A DNA stretch of 63,915 nt, counting the filler, from an uncultured bacterium (GTDB lineage: Bacteria; CAYJRR01), in the NCBI GenBank assembly GCA_964372275.1. It is 9 parts of 9 records of this genome, joined end to end, with 100 filler letters (N's around TTAATTAATTAA, not from the genome) between each part and the next. Parts side by side here need not be neighbours in the genome. Positions count along the whole stretch, not along the records: positions 16,153 to 24,007 come from CAYJRR010000172.1; positions 24,108 to 31,885 come from CAYJRR010000173.1; 7 more parts are not named here. One strand, written 5' to 3'. Below, piece by piece: positions 19,214 through 29,014 of this stretch. Below the pieces are notes generated by a model, which saw only the letters and a list, made by a program, of their open reading frames with translations, was not told the DNA's origin and did not search any database. Made by a program: the position numbers and the translations under genes. Every line of letters begins with the position of its first letter. Position 1 is the first letter of the stretch.

Positions 19214-20488
19214 CTACTCGATCGTCAGCCAGACGGTCACCGTCCCGGTGTCCTCGTCGGTGAAGGAGTCGAGCACCAGGTAGTGCGATTCCGTGCTGCC
19301 CGACGTGTTCTTGTAGACGAGCGTGTCGGTGTCGATCGGTCCGAAAATGTCCGCCGCTTTGGTGCAGGTCGGCGTCGCCGCACAGCTGGTGCCGGTGGTG
19401 CCGTTTCCGGTCAGATACAGCACCGCGTCCGCATCGTTCCCGGCCGCAGAGACGGTCAGCTTCTGGCCGGCAGTAAGCGTCACCTTGTAGGTCACGTCCG
19501 GACCCGGACCCACCGTGCCCGGTTCGCCGGTCTCGAAGAAGTGCCAGTCCTGGCAGCTCGTGCCCTCGTCAGGATCGTAGTTATCGGCCTTGCCAGTCAG
19601 GTCGGCGGTGAAAACGAAGGTCGTCGGGGGCGTGGAGGTTGAAAACGTCGTCGCGGGACTGTTCTGACAGGCATCGTCACCGTTGTTCACCGCCGGGGTC
19701 CCATTGGTATCCAGCGTCAGCGTGTAGTTGTACCCGTCGTCCGCCCCCTTGAAGTCCAGTTCGCGGCCGGAGCCGAAGAACTGGAGGCCGGGGACGCCGG
19801 CGGGGACGATGACGGTGTCGAGTCCGAAGTAGCCGTCGATGAACGAGTCGTCGTAGATCTGCACGAACGGGATCGCGGCGGTGCTGGTGAAGGCCATCTT
19901 CACCATGCCGAAGCCGCTCCCCGTGACCGCGTAGCTGAAGTCGTCGAAGGCGCCCATCTGGGTCAGCTCGCCGTTGACCGGGGTGTTGGCCACCAGGACC
20001 GGTTCGAAGTCGAGCTCGGTGAAGGTCAGCGCGTCGCTGATCGTGTCGGAGACGCTGCCGCGCTCCAGCCGGAGGTCGAACGTCGCCGGCGGGTAGTCGA
20101 GCGGGAACCGCACGCAGGGATAGTCGAAGGTCTCCGGATCGAACTCGCTGAAGACCACCGTCTCCGAATCGAGCCGGAACAGGAGTCCGTCGGTGTCGGT
20201 GGTGAACGGACCGATCTCGTCCTCGGTCTCGGTGTCGACCAGGAACAGCTCCACCGCGTCGTTGATCCCGCCGTTGGCGTCGGTGATCTCCAGCCCGACG
20301 CACTCGCCGGCCAGGACGTCGCCGTCGCCCGACAGCGTGTAGTAGGCGGTGATGCTGATGTCGAGCGGGTTGGTGGTGGTGCCGTCGTCGTCGTCGTCGT
20401 CGTCGCCGCTGCAGCCGAGCGTGACGGTCGCCAGCGGGAGGAGGGTCGCGCAGAGCACGGCCCAGGTCGAAAGCCACTTCTTCAACAT
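19214..20488 (-). CDS. Acidic lipoprotein with poly-Asp tether and C-terminal PPC-like domain
   Basis: AAGGAG before ATG; TLGC then SGDDDDDDDG; GPDVTYKVTL..DAVLYL..YLVLDS. Confidence 0.7.
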   Translation of the reverse strand: MLKKWLSTWAVLCATLLPLATVTLGCSGDDDDDDDGTTTNPLDISITAYYTLSGDGDVLAGECVGLEITDANGGINDAVELFLVDTETEDEIGPFTTDTDGLLFRLDSETVVFSEFDPETFDYPCVRFPLDYPPATFDLRLERGSVSDTISDALTFTELDFEPVLVANTPVNGELTQMGAFDDFSYAVTGSGFGMVKMAFTSTAAIPFVQIYDDSFIDGYFGLDTVIVPAGVPGLQFFGSGRELDFKGADDGYNYTLTLDTNGTPAVNNGDDACQNSPATTFSTSTPPTTFVFTADLTGKADNYDPDEGTSCQDWHFFETGEPGTVGPGPDVTYKVTLTAGQKLTVSAAGNDADAVLYLTGNGTTGTSCAATPTCTKAADIFGPIDTDTLVYKNTSGSTESHYLVLDSFTDEDTGTVTVWLTIE

Positions 20489-20674
20489 GCTTGGCTCCTT
20501 TGGTGCCACGTTTGAAAAGGTCGCGGATGCTAGCCGGGCCGAGCGCCCGCTGTCACGCCGAAAGGTCGAAAAAAAACGCCCGTCCGCGCGGGCGTTTGGC
20601 ACCGAAAACGGGAGGTGGGGCGGCCCCTCGACGGCCGACGGTCGGACCGCGGTGCGCGTCCCCGGCGGCCCGCT

Positions 20675-21334
20675 TCAGAGCTTGCGGGGCCGCCGGACGC
20701 TTCGGCGCTTGGTGGAACGTCCGCGGGCGCGTCCCTGTCCGGCGAGGCGCTCCACCTCCGACAGGTGGTGGAACTCCTCGAGCACCTCGCCGAAGAACGG
20801 CTCGTCCGGCGCCAGGCGCACGGCGCGCTCGAGCAGCGGGATCGCTTCGTCGTAGCGGGTGAACGCCCCCAACACCTGCGCGAGGTCCTTCAGGATGAAC
20901 GGCTCGTTCGGGCGCGCGCGCGCCGCGGCGCGAAGCCGGCTGAGCGCCTCCTCCAGGCGCCCGTCCTCCGCCAGCGCCACGCCCAGACTGCGCAGGTACT
21001 CGGCGTCGCCCGGACGTCCTTCGAGCGCCAGCGCGAACTCGCGCACGGCATCGCCGTACTGTTCCGAATCGAGGTGGGCGTGGCCGAGGCAGTAGCGGAC
21101 GCGGTCGTCCTCGCCGTCGATCTCCAGCGCGGCGCGGAAGTGGTGCACCGACCGCGGATCCCCCTGCTCGAAGTAGTGGGCGGCGAGCGTCACGTGGGCG
21201 AACTTCACCGCCTCGTCGTCCCCGCGCGCGAAGCGGACCACCTTCTCCAGCAGCGGCACCGCCGACTCCGAGTCGCCGGCAAGGAGGTGCCCCCTCGCCT
21301 CTTCCAGCAGCCGGCTCTTGAGGTCGATGATCAT
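20675..21334 (-). CDS. Tetratricopeptide repeat protein
   Basis: Repeated LG.A...G..EEA...L..A...P units; start chosen at MIIDL. Confidence 0.8.
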   Translation of the reverse strand: MIIDLKSRLLEEARGHLLAGDSESAVPLLEKVVRFARGDDEAVKFAHVTLAAHYFEQGDPRSVHHFRAALEIDGEDDRVRYCLGHAHLDSEQYGDAVREFALALEGRPGDAEYLRSLGVALAEDGRLEEALSRLRAAARARPNEPFILKDLAQVLGAFTRYDEAIPLLERAVRLAPDEPFFGEVLEEFHHLSEVERLAGQGRARGRSTKRRSVRRPRKL

Positions 21335-21539
21335 CGGCTCATCCTCGCGCCTGACGCTCCCCCCTTCGATGCCCTTCGATCCAAGGATACCGCAACCGTC
21401 CCTCCCGCTTGGCAGTGGAGATGCGACGGACCGCTTTTTTCGCACGTCGTCGCTACTTCACTTGACGGGACGACGAGCCGTTCTCCTCGCCCAGGAACCG
21501 ATTGCCAGGGCTGCGGTTTCACCTTATCGTTGAGGGATC

Positions 21540-22085
21540 GTGGTTCGGACGCGCTCGGGCTTCGGGTGCCTTTGCCTGGCGATCGCCGCGCTCGGTTGCG
21601 GCGGGTCGCCGCCCGACCCCATCGCGCCGGCTTCGCGCCCCGGCGCCGGCAGCATCACCGCCGTGGCGCAGGGGGCGGTCGGTCCGGCGCGCTCGCTGGC
21701 GGTCGACTACGCGGCCGCGGGGATCTCGGGCGCCGATCCGGCTCGACAGCTGGTGATCGTCGGCGTCTTCCGTGACGGCCGGGTCGACGACACCCTCGAC
21801 CTGGAGACGCTCTCGATCTCCGTCCCGATCTCGGAGCTGGGGTCGGCGACGAACGGCGTCGTCGACCTGATGGTCGACGGCTCCCAGCTCAACGTGCTGC
21901 TCGAAGGGACCTCCGGCAGCGAAACGCTGGTCCTCTCGCCGGAGGAGGTTCGGGGGACGCTGCACCTACGCTTCGACGCTCCTCCCCGCGCCGGGATCGT
22001 GCTCCGCGGGGACTTCTCGCTCGAAGTCGCGTCCGCGCGACTCAAGCTCGAGGGGGAGCTCGAGGTCCCGGTCCTCGGCGGATAG
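21540..22085 (+). CDS. Hypothetical lipoprotein
   Basis: AALGC lipobox; beta-rich body. Confidence 0.6.
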   Translation: MVRTRSGFGCLCLAIAALGCGGSPPDPIAPASRPGAGSITAVAQGAVGPARSLAVDYAAAGISGADPARQLVIVGVFRDGRVDDTLDLETLSISVPISELGSATNGVVDLMVDGSQLNVLLEGTSGSETLVLSPEEVRGTLHLRFDAPPRAGIVLRGDFSLEVASARLKLEGELEVPVLGG

Positions 22086-22117
22086 CCGACCGCCCGGATC
22101 TCCCTCCTTTCGAACCC

Positions 22118-22921
22118 ATGTCCGTCCTCGAGGAGACGGTCGAACAGGCCTACGAAGCGCTCGACGCGGGGGAGATCGAACGGGCGATCCTCCTCGGCCG
22201 TCGCGCGTTGGAGATCGCCCCGCGCGATCCCGACGCCCACTTCGTCGTCGGCTCCGCGTTGTTCGAGAGCGGCGACGCCACCGGCGCGCTCCCCCACCTG
22301 GAGGCGGCCGCCGGCGCGTCGCCGGACAGCGCCGACGCGCTCTGCGCGCTGGGGGCCGCCTTCGTCGAGTCGCTCCGCGTGTCGGAGGCGAGGCCGGTCC
22401 TGGAACGCGCCATCGCCCTCGACCGCGACCTCGCCGACGCCCACTTCTGGCTCGGCGTGATCGACGAGCGCGCCGGGGATCGCGAGGAGGCGGACCGCCG
22501 CTTCGAACGAGCGCACCGTCTCGACCCGGACAGCCATCCCACGCCGTTCCGCGTCGACCCACCCGAGTTCCTCCGCCTGGTGGAGCAGGCGATCGCGCGC
22601 CTCCCGGCCGACTTCCGCGCCGAGCTCGAGAACCTGGCGATCGTCGTCGAGCCGCTGCCCGACGACCGCACCCTCGCCGGCGATCCCCCCCTCTCCCCGC
22701 TCCTGCTCGGACTTCAGGTCGGCACGCCGCTCGACGAACGCCTTCCCAGCGGCCCGCGCGGCGAGCTGCCGGGAACGATCTTCCTCTTCCAGCGCAACAT
22801 CGAGCGGGTCTCCCGCGACCGCGCGCAGCTCCTGGAGGAGATCGAGACGACGCTCCTCCACGAGATCGGACATTTCCTCGGCCTCGACGAGGACGAGGTG
22901 CACGATCGCGGCCTGGAGTAG
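22118..22921 (+). CDS. TPR plus zincin-like metallopeptidase domain protein
   Basis: N-terminal TPRs; IFLFQRNIE, TLLHEIGHFLG. Confidence 0.88.
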   Translation: MSVLEETVEQAYEALDAGEIERAILLGRRALEIAPRDPDAHFVVGSALFESGDATGALPHLEAAAGASPDSADALCALGAAFVESLRVSEARPVLERAIALDRDLADAHFWLGVIDERAGDREEADRRFERAHRLDPDSHPTPFRVDPPEFLRLVEQAIARLPADFRAELENLAIVVEPLPDDRTLAGDPPLSPLLLGLQVGTPLDERLPSGPRGELPGTIFLFQRNIERVSRDRAQLLEEIETTLLHEIGHFLGLDEDEVHDRGLE

Positions 22922-22956
22922 GTCGCCGCCCCCTCCGGGACTCCGGTCGGCGTCCG

Positions 22957-23430
22957 CTACTTCATGATCTTTTCGATCGTGTCCCGCGCCCGCTCCTCGA
23001 TCGACGCGTTCAGGAGGCGGGTGACTTCGGGGTAGTCCATCAGCACGCGCGACACCTTCCGTCGCTGGAACATCACCAGCGTCGACGGAGCGGCGGCGGT
23101 GACGGTCGCGGTCCGCGGCTGCGCGGTGATCACCGCGACCTCCCCGAAGACGTCGCCGGCCGAAAGCGTCGCGAGCGTCAGGCGCTCCGCCCCTTTGGCG
23201 GTCGTCACCTCGACGCGGCCGTCCTTGATGAAGAAGAACGAATCCCCCGTCTCCCCTTCGGTGACGATCACCTCGCCCGGGGCGTAGCTCTTCACCACCC
23301 CTCCGTCGAGCAGGCGGCGGCGGCCGGGCGGATCGAGGTTCCGGAAGAGCGGGCTCTTCTCGATCAGCGGCTCGAGCGCGGAGTCGTCCAACGTGGGCCT
23401 GGACGGGTTCGCTTCGCCGGTGTCGGCCAT
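22957..23430 (-). CDS. Stand-alone cyclic-nucleotide-binding domain protein
   Basis: EGETGDSFFFIKDGRVEV, GDVFGEVA, PRTATV. Confidence 0.9.
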   Translation of the reverse strand: MADTGEANPSRPTLDDSALEPLIEKSPLFRNLDPPGRRRLLDGGVVKSYAPGEVIVTEGETGDSFFFIKDGRVEVTTAKGAERLTLATLSAGDVFGEVAVITAQPRTATVTAAAPSTLVMFQRRKVSRVLMDYPEVTRLLNASIEERARDTIEKIMK

Positions 23431-23437
23431 CGATCCC

Positions 23438-23656
23438 CTACGGGCCGACCTGCATGGCGCCGCTTCCGCCGTCGTTGTTGGTCAGCCCTTGCGAGTAGTT
23501 CTGCATCAAGGCGTCCCCCGCTTGCTGCGGCGGACTCGACGGATCGGAAAACCAGGCGAGCACGGCCAGAACCGCGATGCTGATCACCGAGACGACGACC
23601 ATGTATTCGGTGGTCGACTGCCCGCCGCATCGTCGAAGCGGTCGCGAGAGAAACAT
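23438..23656 (-). CDS. Flp-type (type IVb) pilin-like protein
   Basis: Short basic leader, G|QSTTEY (E5,Y6), hydrophobic helix; start at 23656 chosen from promoter spacing. Confidence 0.7.
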   Translation of the reverse strand: MFLSRPLRRCGGQSTTEYMVVVSVISIAVLAVLAWFSDPSSPPQQAGDALMQNYSQGLTNNDGGSGAMQVGP

Positions 23657-23663
23657 GCCATCC

Positions 23664-23693
23664 ATGGTACCGGCCCCTTCCCGAGCCCGTCAA
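23664..23693 (-). promoter_or_regulatory. Sigma-70 promoter for the pilin gene, likely leaderless
   Basis: TTGACG-18 nt-TACCAT, 7 nt before ATG 23656. Confidence 0.6.
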
Positions 23694-23774
23694 CGCGACC
23701 GCCCGGTCCCGGTTTTCGCTTGACCCCCCCACGGAAGGTTTCAACAATGCAGCGGTTTTCGTCTCGGAACGACG

Positions 23775-24007
23775 ATGGACTTTTCCACCATCCAGGAGAT
23801 CTCGCGCGCGGGGGAGGCGTTCCACGGGAAGGAGGTCACCCTCAAGGGGTGGGTCTACAACTTCCGGACGAGCGGAAAGCTCGTCTTCCTCCAGCTGCGG
23901 GACGGGACGGGGATCGTCCAGTGCGTCGTCTCGAGAGCGGAGGTTCCGGCCGCCGCATGGGAGACGGCGACCGCCTTCACCCAGGAGTCGTCGGTCGAGG
24001 TCGATGG
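23775..24007 (+). CDS. asnS: Asparagine--tRNA ligase, N-terminal fragment
   Basis: VTLKGWVYNFRTSGKLVFLQLRDGTGIVQCVV..QESSV OB-fold. Confidence 0.8.
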
Positions 24008-24107
24008 NNNNNNNNNNNNNNNNNNNNNNNNNNNNNNNNNNNNNNNNNNNNTTAATTAATTAANNNNNNNNNNNNNNNNNNNNNNNNNNNNNNNNNNNNN
24101 NNNNNNN
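24008..24107. other. Artificial contig linker
   Basis: N run with TTAATTAATTAA. Confidence 0.99.
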
Positions 24108-24121
24108 CGCGGAGGGCCTCG

Positions 24122-24868
24122 ATGCGGATCTGGATGGCAGCGGCGACGATGGCGGCACTGGTGGCGGCGGCAACGGCCCGCGCGTCCGACTGTTCTTCGC
24201 CGGACGGATCTCCGACGGCGGGCGTCTCCGCGGCAGTCGCCGGCGCCCGGCGGGTGAGCGATCGCACCTGGCGGCGGCACGTGGCCGAGGCGATCTACAC
24301 CACCGACGGCGTCTGGGGCCCGAGCCCCGACGGCATGACGCCGATCTCGCCGCGGAAACTCAACGCCTGCCTGCGCAACGTCCACCGACGGCTGACCCGG
24401 ATCGCCGACGGCGAGGTCGGCGTGAAGACGATGAAGATCGACGGACGCTCGGTCTATCTCTTTGACGTCCCGGGCGACGGATTCACGACGTTCGACCTCC
24501 GAGACGCGCGGTGCCGCACGCTGACGATCGGAAACCGCCCTCACCCGCCGCAGCCCCTTCCCTATCCCGCCGAGGGGAACGTCGATCGGGCCACGTGGAT
24601 CGCCCACCTCAGGGAGGCGATGCGCCGTCCGGTCGCCATGCACGACACGCCGGTGGTCACCGACTACCCTGCCGCGGTGAAGCGGAAGATCGCCGCCTTC
24701 GTGAAGAAACACGGGCACGACGAGTACGGCCCGATCCGGATCGACGTGGAGGTCCACCACGTGCGGATGGAGGGCCGCGACTCCTGGCTCGTCTATTACG
24801 GATTCGACGACGCCGTCTCCGAAGTGATGTACGAACGGAACGGGTCCGAGCTCGACGTCGGGTTCTGA
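24122..24868 (+). CDS. Hypothetical secreted protein
   Basis: Ala-rich signal peptide ending ARA; GC3-rich codons; no family recognised. Confidence 0.65.
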   Translation: MRIWMAAATMAALVAAATARASDCSSPDGSPTAGVSAAVAGARRVSDRTWRRHVAEAIYTTDGVWGPSPDGMTPISPRKLNACLRNVHRRLTRIADGEVGVKTMKIDGRSVYLFDVPGDGFTTFDLRDARCRTLTIGNRPHPPQPLPYPAEGNVDRATWIAHLREAMRRPVAMHDTPVVTDYPAAVKRKIAAFVKKHGHDEYGPIRIDVEVHHVRMEGRDSWLVYYGFDDAVSEVMYERNGSELDVGF

Positions 24869-24964
24869 ACGGCGCCGACTCCGCCAATCTCCGCCTCCGG
24901 GCACGGGACCGGCGTGCGGAAGAGATGCGTCCCCGGCGGTTGGTCCGGGTTATCATCGGGCGCC

Positions 24965-25480
24965 ATGAAGAGGCTGGACGTCACGCGGACGCACAAGCTC
25001 CTGGGGCGGATCATGGAGTTCGAGCTGGCGGGGGTCGTCCGCTACACGCACTACTCGCTGATGATCACCGGCCCGAACCGCCTGCCGATCGTCCAGTTCA
25101 TGAAACAGCAGGCGAGCGAGTCGCTGCTGCACGCGCAGCAGGCGGGGGAGATCCTCACCGGCCTCGACGGCCACCCATCGGTCAGCATCGCCCCGATCGA
25201 AGAGAGCTTCCGCCATTCGGTGAAGCACATCCTCGAAGAGAGCCTGGCGCACGAGGATCGCGCCCTCACCCTCTACAAGTCGCTCCTGTCGCTGGTGAAG
25301 GACTCCAGCGTCTACCTGGAGGAGTTCGCGCGGACGATGATCGGCCAGGAGGAGCTGCACATGCTCGAGCTCCGAAAGATGCTGCGCGACATCACCGTCC
25401 GTCCCGACGCCTCCGAGCCACACGAACACCCGGCCGCCGCCCCGAAGGCCGCCGGCTCCACGCGGGCGCGCAAGGCCTGA
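24965..25480 (+). CDS. Bacterioferritin-like / ferritin-like diiron protein
   Basis: EFELAGVVRYTHY, ESLLH, EELH. Confidence 0.85.
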   Translation: MKRLDVTRTHKLLGRIMEFELAGVVRYTHYSLMITGPNRLPIVQFMKQQASESLLHAQQAGEILTGLDGHPSVSIAPIEESFRHSVKHILEESLAHEDRALTLYKSLLSLVKDSSVYLEEFARTMIGQEELHMLELRKMLRDITVRPDASEPHEHPAAAPKAAGSTRARKA

Positions 25481-25525
25481 TTCGACCGCCCGCGCGGGAC
25501 GTCCGGCCGTCGCGGGCACACGCGT

Positions 25526-27289
25526 TCATTCGACGGTCGGGGACTCGTAGGCCCGGGTCGCCTGCGCGAGGAACTCCCGGACTTCGCGGGCGGTCGGTAG
25601 GGCCAACGCCTCGACGGCGATGCGACGCGCCTCCTCGAGTCCGATCGAACGGAGCCATCGCTTCATCCGCGGGATCAGGGCGGCGTGCATCGACAGCTCG
25701 CGCAGGCCGAGGCCGAGGAGCACCAGCAGGTAGAGCGGCTCGCCCCCCATCTCGCCGCAGATGTTGACCCGCTTTCCGGCCGCGGTGGCGGCATCGATGA
25801 CGCTCTTGAGCAACCGCAGCAACGCCGGGTGGGCCGGCTCGTAGAGATAGGCGACGTCCTCGTTCCCGCGGTCGATCGCCAGCGCGTACTGGATCAGGTC
25901 GTTCGTTCCGATGGAGAAGAAGTCGACCTCGTGCGCCAGGAGGTCCGCCAGCAACGCGGCGCTCGGGACTTCGATCATCACACCGAGCGGCGTTTCCCGG
26001 TCGAACGGCGTCCCCCGCGTCGTGAGCTCCGCGCGCACGTCGTCGATCGTGCGCCGCGCGGTACGGATCTCCTCCACGCCGGAGACGAGCGGCAGCAGGA
26101 TCCGGACCGGCCCGTGTGCCGACGCCCGCAGGATCGCCTTGAGCTGCGCCCGGAACAGCGCCTCCTCCCGGAGGCAGTAGCGGATCGCGCGTAACCCGAG
26201 CGCCGGGTTGGCCTCGGTCGGACGGTCGGCCGGGGAGAAGAGCTTGTCGCCGCCGATGTCGAGCGTGCGGATCGTGGTCGGACGCGGAGCCATCGCCTCC
26301 ACCACGGCTCGGTAGGCGGCGTACTGCTCCTCCTCGTCGGGGAGGTCGCGGCGGTTCATGAAGAGGAACTCGGTCCGGAACATCCCGACTCCGTCGGCGC
26401 CGCAGGCCGCCGCGAGCTCCGCCTCGGTCGGCAACTCGAGGTTCGCCTGCACCTGGATCCGGACGCCATCGCGGGTCGACGCCGGTTGCAACGCATCGGA
26501 CCGCAGCCGCCGCTCGCGCTCTTCGAGGATCGCCTTGCGGTTCCGGTACTCCTCGACCGTCGCCGCCTCGGGATCGACGATCACCACGCCGGCCGAACCG
26601 TCGAGGATCACGGTCGACCGCTCCTCGATCTCCGCGGTCGCCCGACCCAGCCCGACGACCGCTGGGATCTCCAGCGATCGAGCCATGATCACCGTGTGGC
26701 TCGTCTTGCCGCCGGTGTCGGTGGCGAATCCGAGCACCATCCCGCGCCGCATCGTCGCGGTGTCGGCGGGGCTGAGGTCGTGGTGGACGATCACGTGCCC
26801 CCGCGCCCGCAGCGCCAGCGGCGCCGTGTCCTCGTGTCCGACGAGATTGCGCAGGATCCGGTCGGCCACCTGGTCGACGTCCGACATCCGCTCGCGGAAG
26901 TATTCGTCGGCGATCCCCGAGAAGGCGGCGCGCACCGTGGAGAGGGTGCTCCTCAGCGCCCGCTCGGCGTTGACCCGGTCGGAGGAGATGCGCCCCACGG
27001 TGTCGTCGATCAGCATCTCGTCCTGCAGGATCAGCAGGTGGGTGTCGAGGATCAGGCGCGGCTCCTGCACGTTCAGTCCGGCCACCCGGTCCCGGATCGC
27101 GGTGAGCTGCAGGCGGCTGGCCTCGACCGCCGCGCGAAAGCGCGCGACCTCGATCGCCACCTCGTCCTCCGCGATGCGGCGGACCGCCGGATCGACGTCG
27201 ATCGGGCGCTCGACCCACGCCGGGCCGATCGCGATCCCGGGAGAGCCCGGGATCCCCTGGAGGATCCGCTGCGGCCGCGGCTCGCTCAT
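25526..27289 (-). CDS. ptsI: PEP-protein phosphotransferase (Enzyme I)
   Basis: GGKTSH, GMFRTEFLF, RTLDIGGDK, NPALGLRAIR, SIGTNDLIQY, CGEM. Confidence 0.97.
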   Translation of the reverse strand: MSEPRPQRILQGIPGSPGIAIGPAWVERPIDVDPAVRRIAEDEVAIEVARFRAAVEASRLQLTAIRDRVAGLNVQEPRLILDTHLLILQDEMLIDDTVGRISSDRVNAERALRSTLSTVRAAFSGIADEYFRERMSDVDQVADRILRNLVGHEDTAPLALRARGHVIVHHDLSPADTATMRRGMVLGFATDTGGKTSHTVIMARSLEIPAVVGLGRATAEIEERSTVILDGSAGVVIVDPEAATVEEYRNRKAILEERERRLRSDALQPASTRDGVRIQVQANLELPTEAELAAACGADGVGMFRTEFLFMNRRDLPDEEEQYAAYRAVVEAMAPRPTTIRTLDIGGDKLFSPADRPTEANPALGLRAIRYCLREEALFRAQLKAILRASAHGPVRILLPLVSGVEEIRTARRTIDDVRAELTTRGTPFDRETPLGVMIEVPSAALLADLLAHEVDFFSIGTNDLIQYALAIDRGNEDVAYLYEPAHPALLRLLKSVIDAATAAGKRVNICGEMGGEPLYLLVLLGLGLRELSMHAALIPRMKRWLRSIGLEEARRIAVEALALPTAREVREFLAQATRAYESPTVE

Positions 27290-27570
27290 TCCTCCCCGAA
27301 CTTCCCTTCGAACAGGGCGGCGAGCTGGTCGACCGCGACCCGTTCGTCTTCGCCGGTGGCCTGCACGCGTAGCTTGGTCCCCTTCGCCGCGGCCAGCATC
27401 AAGACCCCCATGATCGACTTGGCGTTGACCTCGGTCGCGGCGCCGGTCCCGTCGATCCGCGCGATCTTGATCTCGCTCTTGAACCGGACGGCCGCCTGCA
27501 CCAGCTTCGCCGCGGCGCGGGCGTGGAGGCCGAGCCGGTTCGTCACCAGCACCACCTTCTCTACCGCCAT
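27286..27570 (-). CDS. ptsH: Phosphocarrier protein HPr
   Basis: NRLGLHARAA and NAKSIMG. Confidence 0.95.
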   Translation of the reverse strand: MAVEKVVLVTNRLGLHARAAAKLVQAAVRFKSEIKIARIDGTGAATEVNAKSIMGVLMLAAAKGTKLRVQATGEDERVAVDQLAALFEGKFGEE

Positions 27571-28313
27571 GTCCCCCACCCGCGACCGACCAAGACGACC
27601 AGCGCCGCCACGACCGCCAACCACGCCGGCGAAACGCCGCGCCGGGCGCCGCCCGCCAGGACGACCACCAGCGGGAACGCCACCGCGCCCGCGGAGATCC
27701 CCGGGAACGGCGACGGGCTCCGCGCGGCCCACAGCGCCGCCGCCATTCCCGCGGCCGCCGCCGACGCGATCTTGAGGCCCCGGGTCCCTCCGGAAAAGTC
27801 GAGACGCGCCAACCGCGCGACGACCTCGGGACCGACGGCGACGCCGACGAAGAAGCCGTAGACGCGGATCGCGAGCGCGACCAGTCCGAATCCGGCGACG
27901 AACAGAATCGGGCCGTAGATCCCGGTGCCGGCGAGAAGCAGCAGCACCGCGACCGTCGCGCCGAACGGGCGCAGCGCCGACCAGAAGAACGAATCCCCGA
28001 TCGCGCCGTAGGAACCCATGATGCCGTTCTTGAACGACGCGACCGCCTCCGGACGCCGCCGGCCGGCGGAGACCTCCTCCTCGAGCGCGAGCGAGGCGCC
28101 GACCAACGCCGGCGCCAGGTAGGGATGCGTGTTGAAGTAGTCGAGCTGGCGGCGGACGGCCGCGTGAAGCGCTTCCGGCTCGCGGTGCGTCGAGCGGAGG
28201 GACGGGAGCGCCGCGAAGGCGAAGCCGAGGCTCTGCATCCGGTCGTAGTTCCAGGCGGCCTGGAACAGGAAGGTGCGGAGGAACGACCGCGCGCGCGCCG
28301 ACGGGGGGATCAC
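27561..28313 (-). CDS. Mannose/fructose/sorbose-family PTS IID
   Basis: WNYDRMQSLGF, FNTHPY, GAIGDSFFW. Confidence 0.92.
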   Translation of the reverse strand: MIPPSARARSFLRTFLFQAAWNYDRMQSLGFAFAALPSLRSTHREPEALHAAVRRQLDYFNTHPYLAPALVGASLALEEEVSAGRRRPEAVASFKNGIMGSYGAIGDSFFWSALRPFGATVAVLLLLAGTGIYGPILFVAGFGLVALAIRVYGFFVGVAVGPEVVARLARLDFSGGTRGLKIASAAAAGMAAALWAARSPSPFPGISAGAVAFPLVVVLAGGARRGVSPAWLAVVAALVVLVGRGWGTWR

Positions 28314-29014
28314 GACGCGATCACCTCCGCCACGAACAGCCCCGAGAGGAATCCGAGCGTGGCCCACACCAGCCCGAGTCGAAAGCCGGCGCCGACGATC
28401 ACCGCCCCCAACCCGGCGAGCGGGACGGGGAAGGTCATCTCCGCGATCCGGTCCGGCGCCTGCGGCAATCCGACGACCGCGGCGCGAGCGGCGGGGATCG
28501 ACGCGGCGAGAAGCGCGACGACCGCGACGAAGCCGACCGCCAGCGCCGACGACGCGCAGATCAGGACGGCGCGGTCGACCGCCGCCAGGTCCCCGGCTTC
28601 GACGCGGCGGCCGGCGCGGAGCGCGACCCGTCCGTTCAGACGACGCAGCCCCAGCTCCAGCCATCGGCCGATCCACGCCGCCACCAGCGCGGCGCCGAAG
28701 CCGACGGCGGCGGAGGTCGCGAGGTCGGCGCCGGCGGCGCGCGCGCCGAGCGCGCCGGCGCCGACGCCGACCAGGCTTCCGAGCGTGTCGTCCGGCGGAA
28801 CGACGCCGCCGACCGGAATCGCCCCGGACCAGAGAAGGCCGATCAGGACGCCGAGCAGCAGTCCCAGCGCCGGCTCCCCCACGACGATCCCCGCGATCGG
28901 CGCGGCCACCACCGGGTGCGATGCCCCCACCTGCACGGCCACGCGCCGATCGAGCAGGAGCAGCGAACCGACGGCGGCCAGCTGCCAGACGCGAGCGTCC
29001 AGGATCTCCGTCAC
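28310..29014 (-). CDS. Mannose-family PTS IIC
   Basis: LLLD..SHPVVAAPIAG..PVGGVVPPD; hydrophobic; between IIB and IID. Confidence 0.85.
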   Translation of the reverse strand: MTEILDARVWQLAAVGSLLLLDRRVAVQVGASHPVVAAPIAGIVVGEPALGLLLGVLIGLLWSGAIPVGGVVPPDDTLGSLVGVGAGALGARAAGADLATSAAVGFGAALVAAWIGRWLELGLRRLNGRVALRAGRRVEAGDLAAVDRAVLICASSALAVGFVAVVALLAASIPAARAAVVGLPQAPDRIAEMTFPVPLAGLGAVIVGAGFRLGLVWATLGFLSGLFVAEVIAS

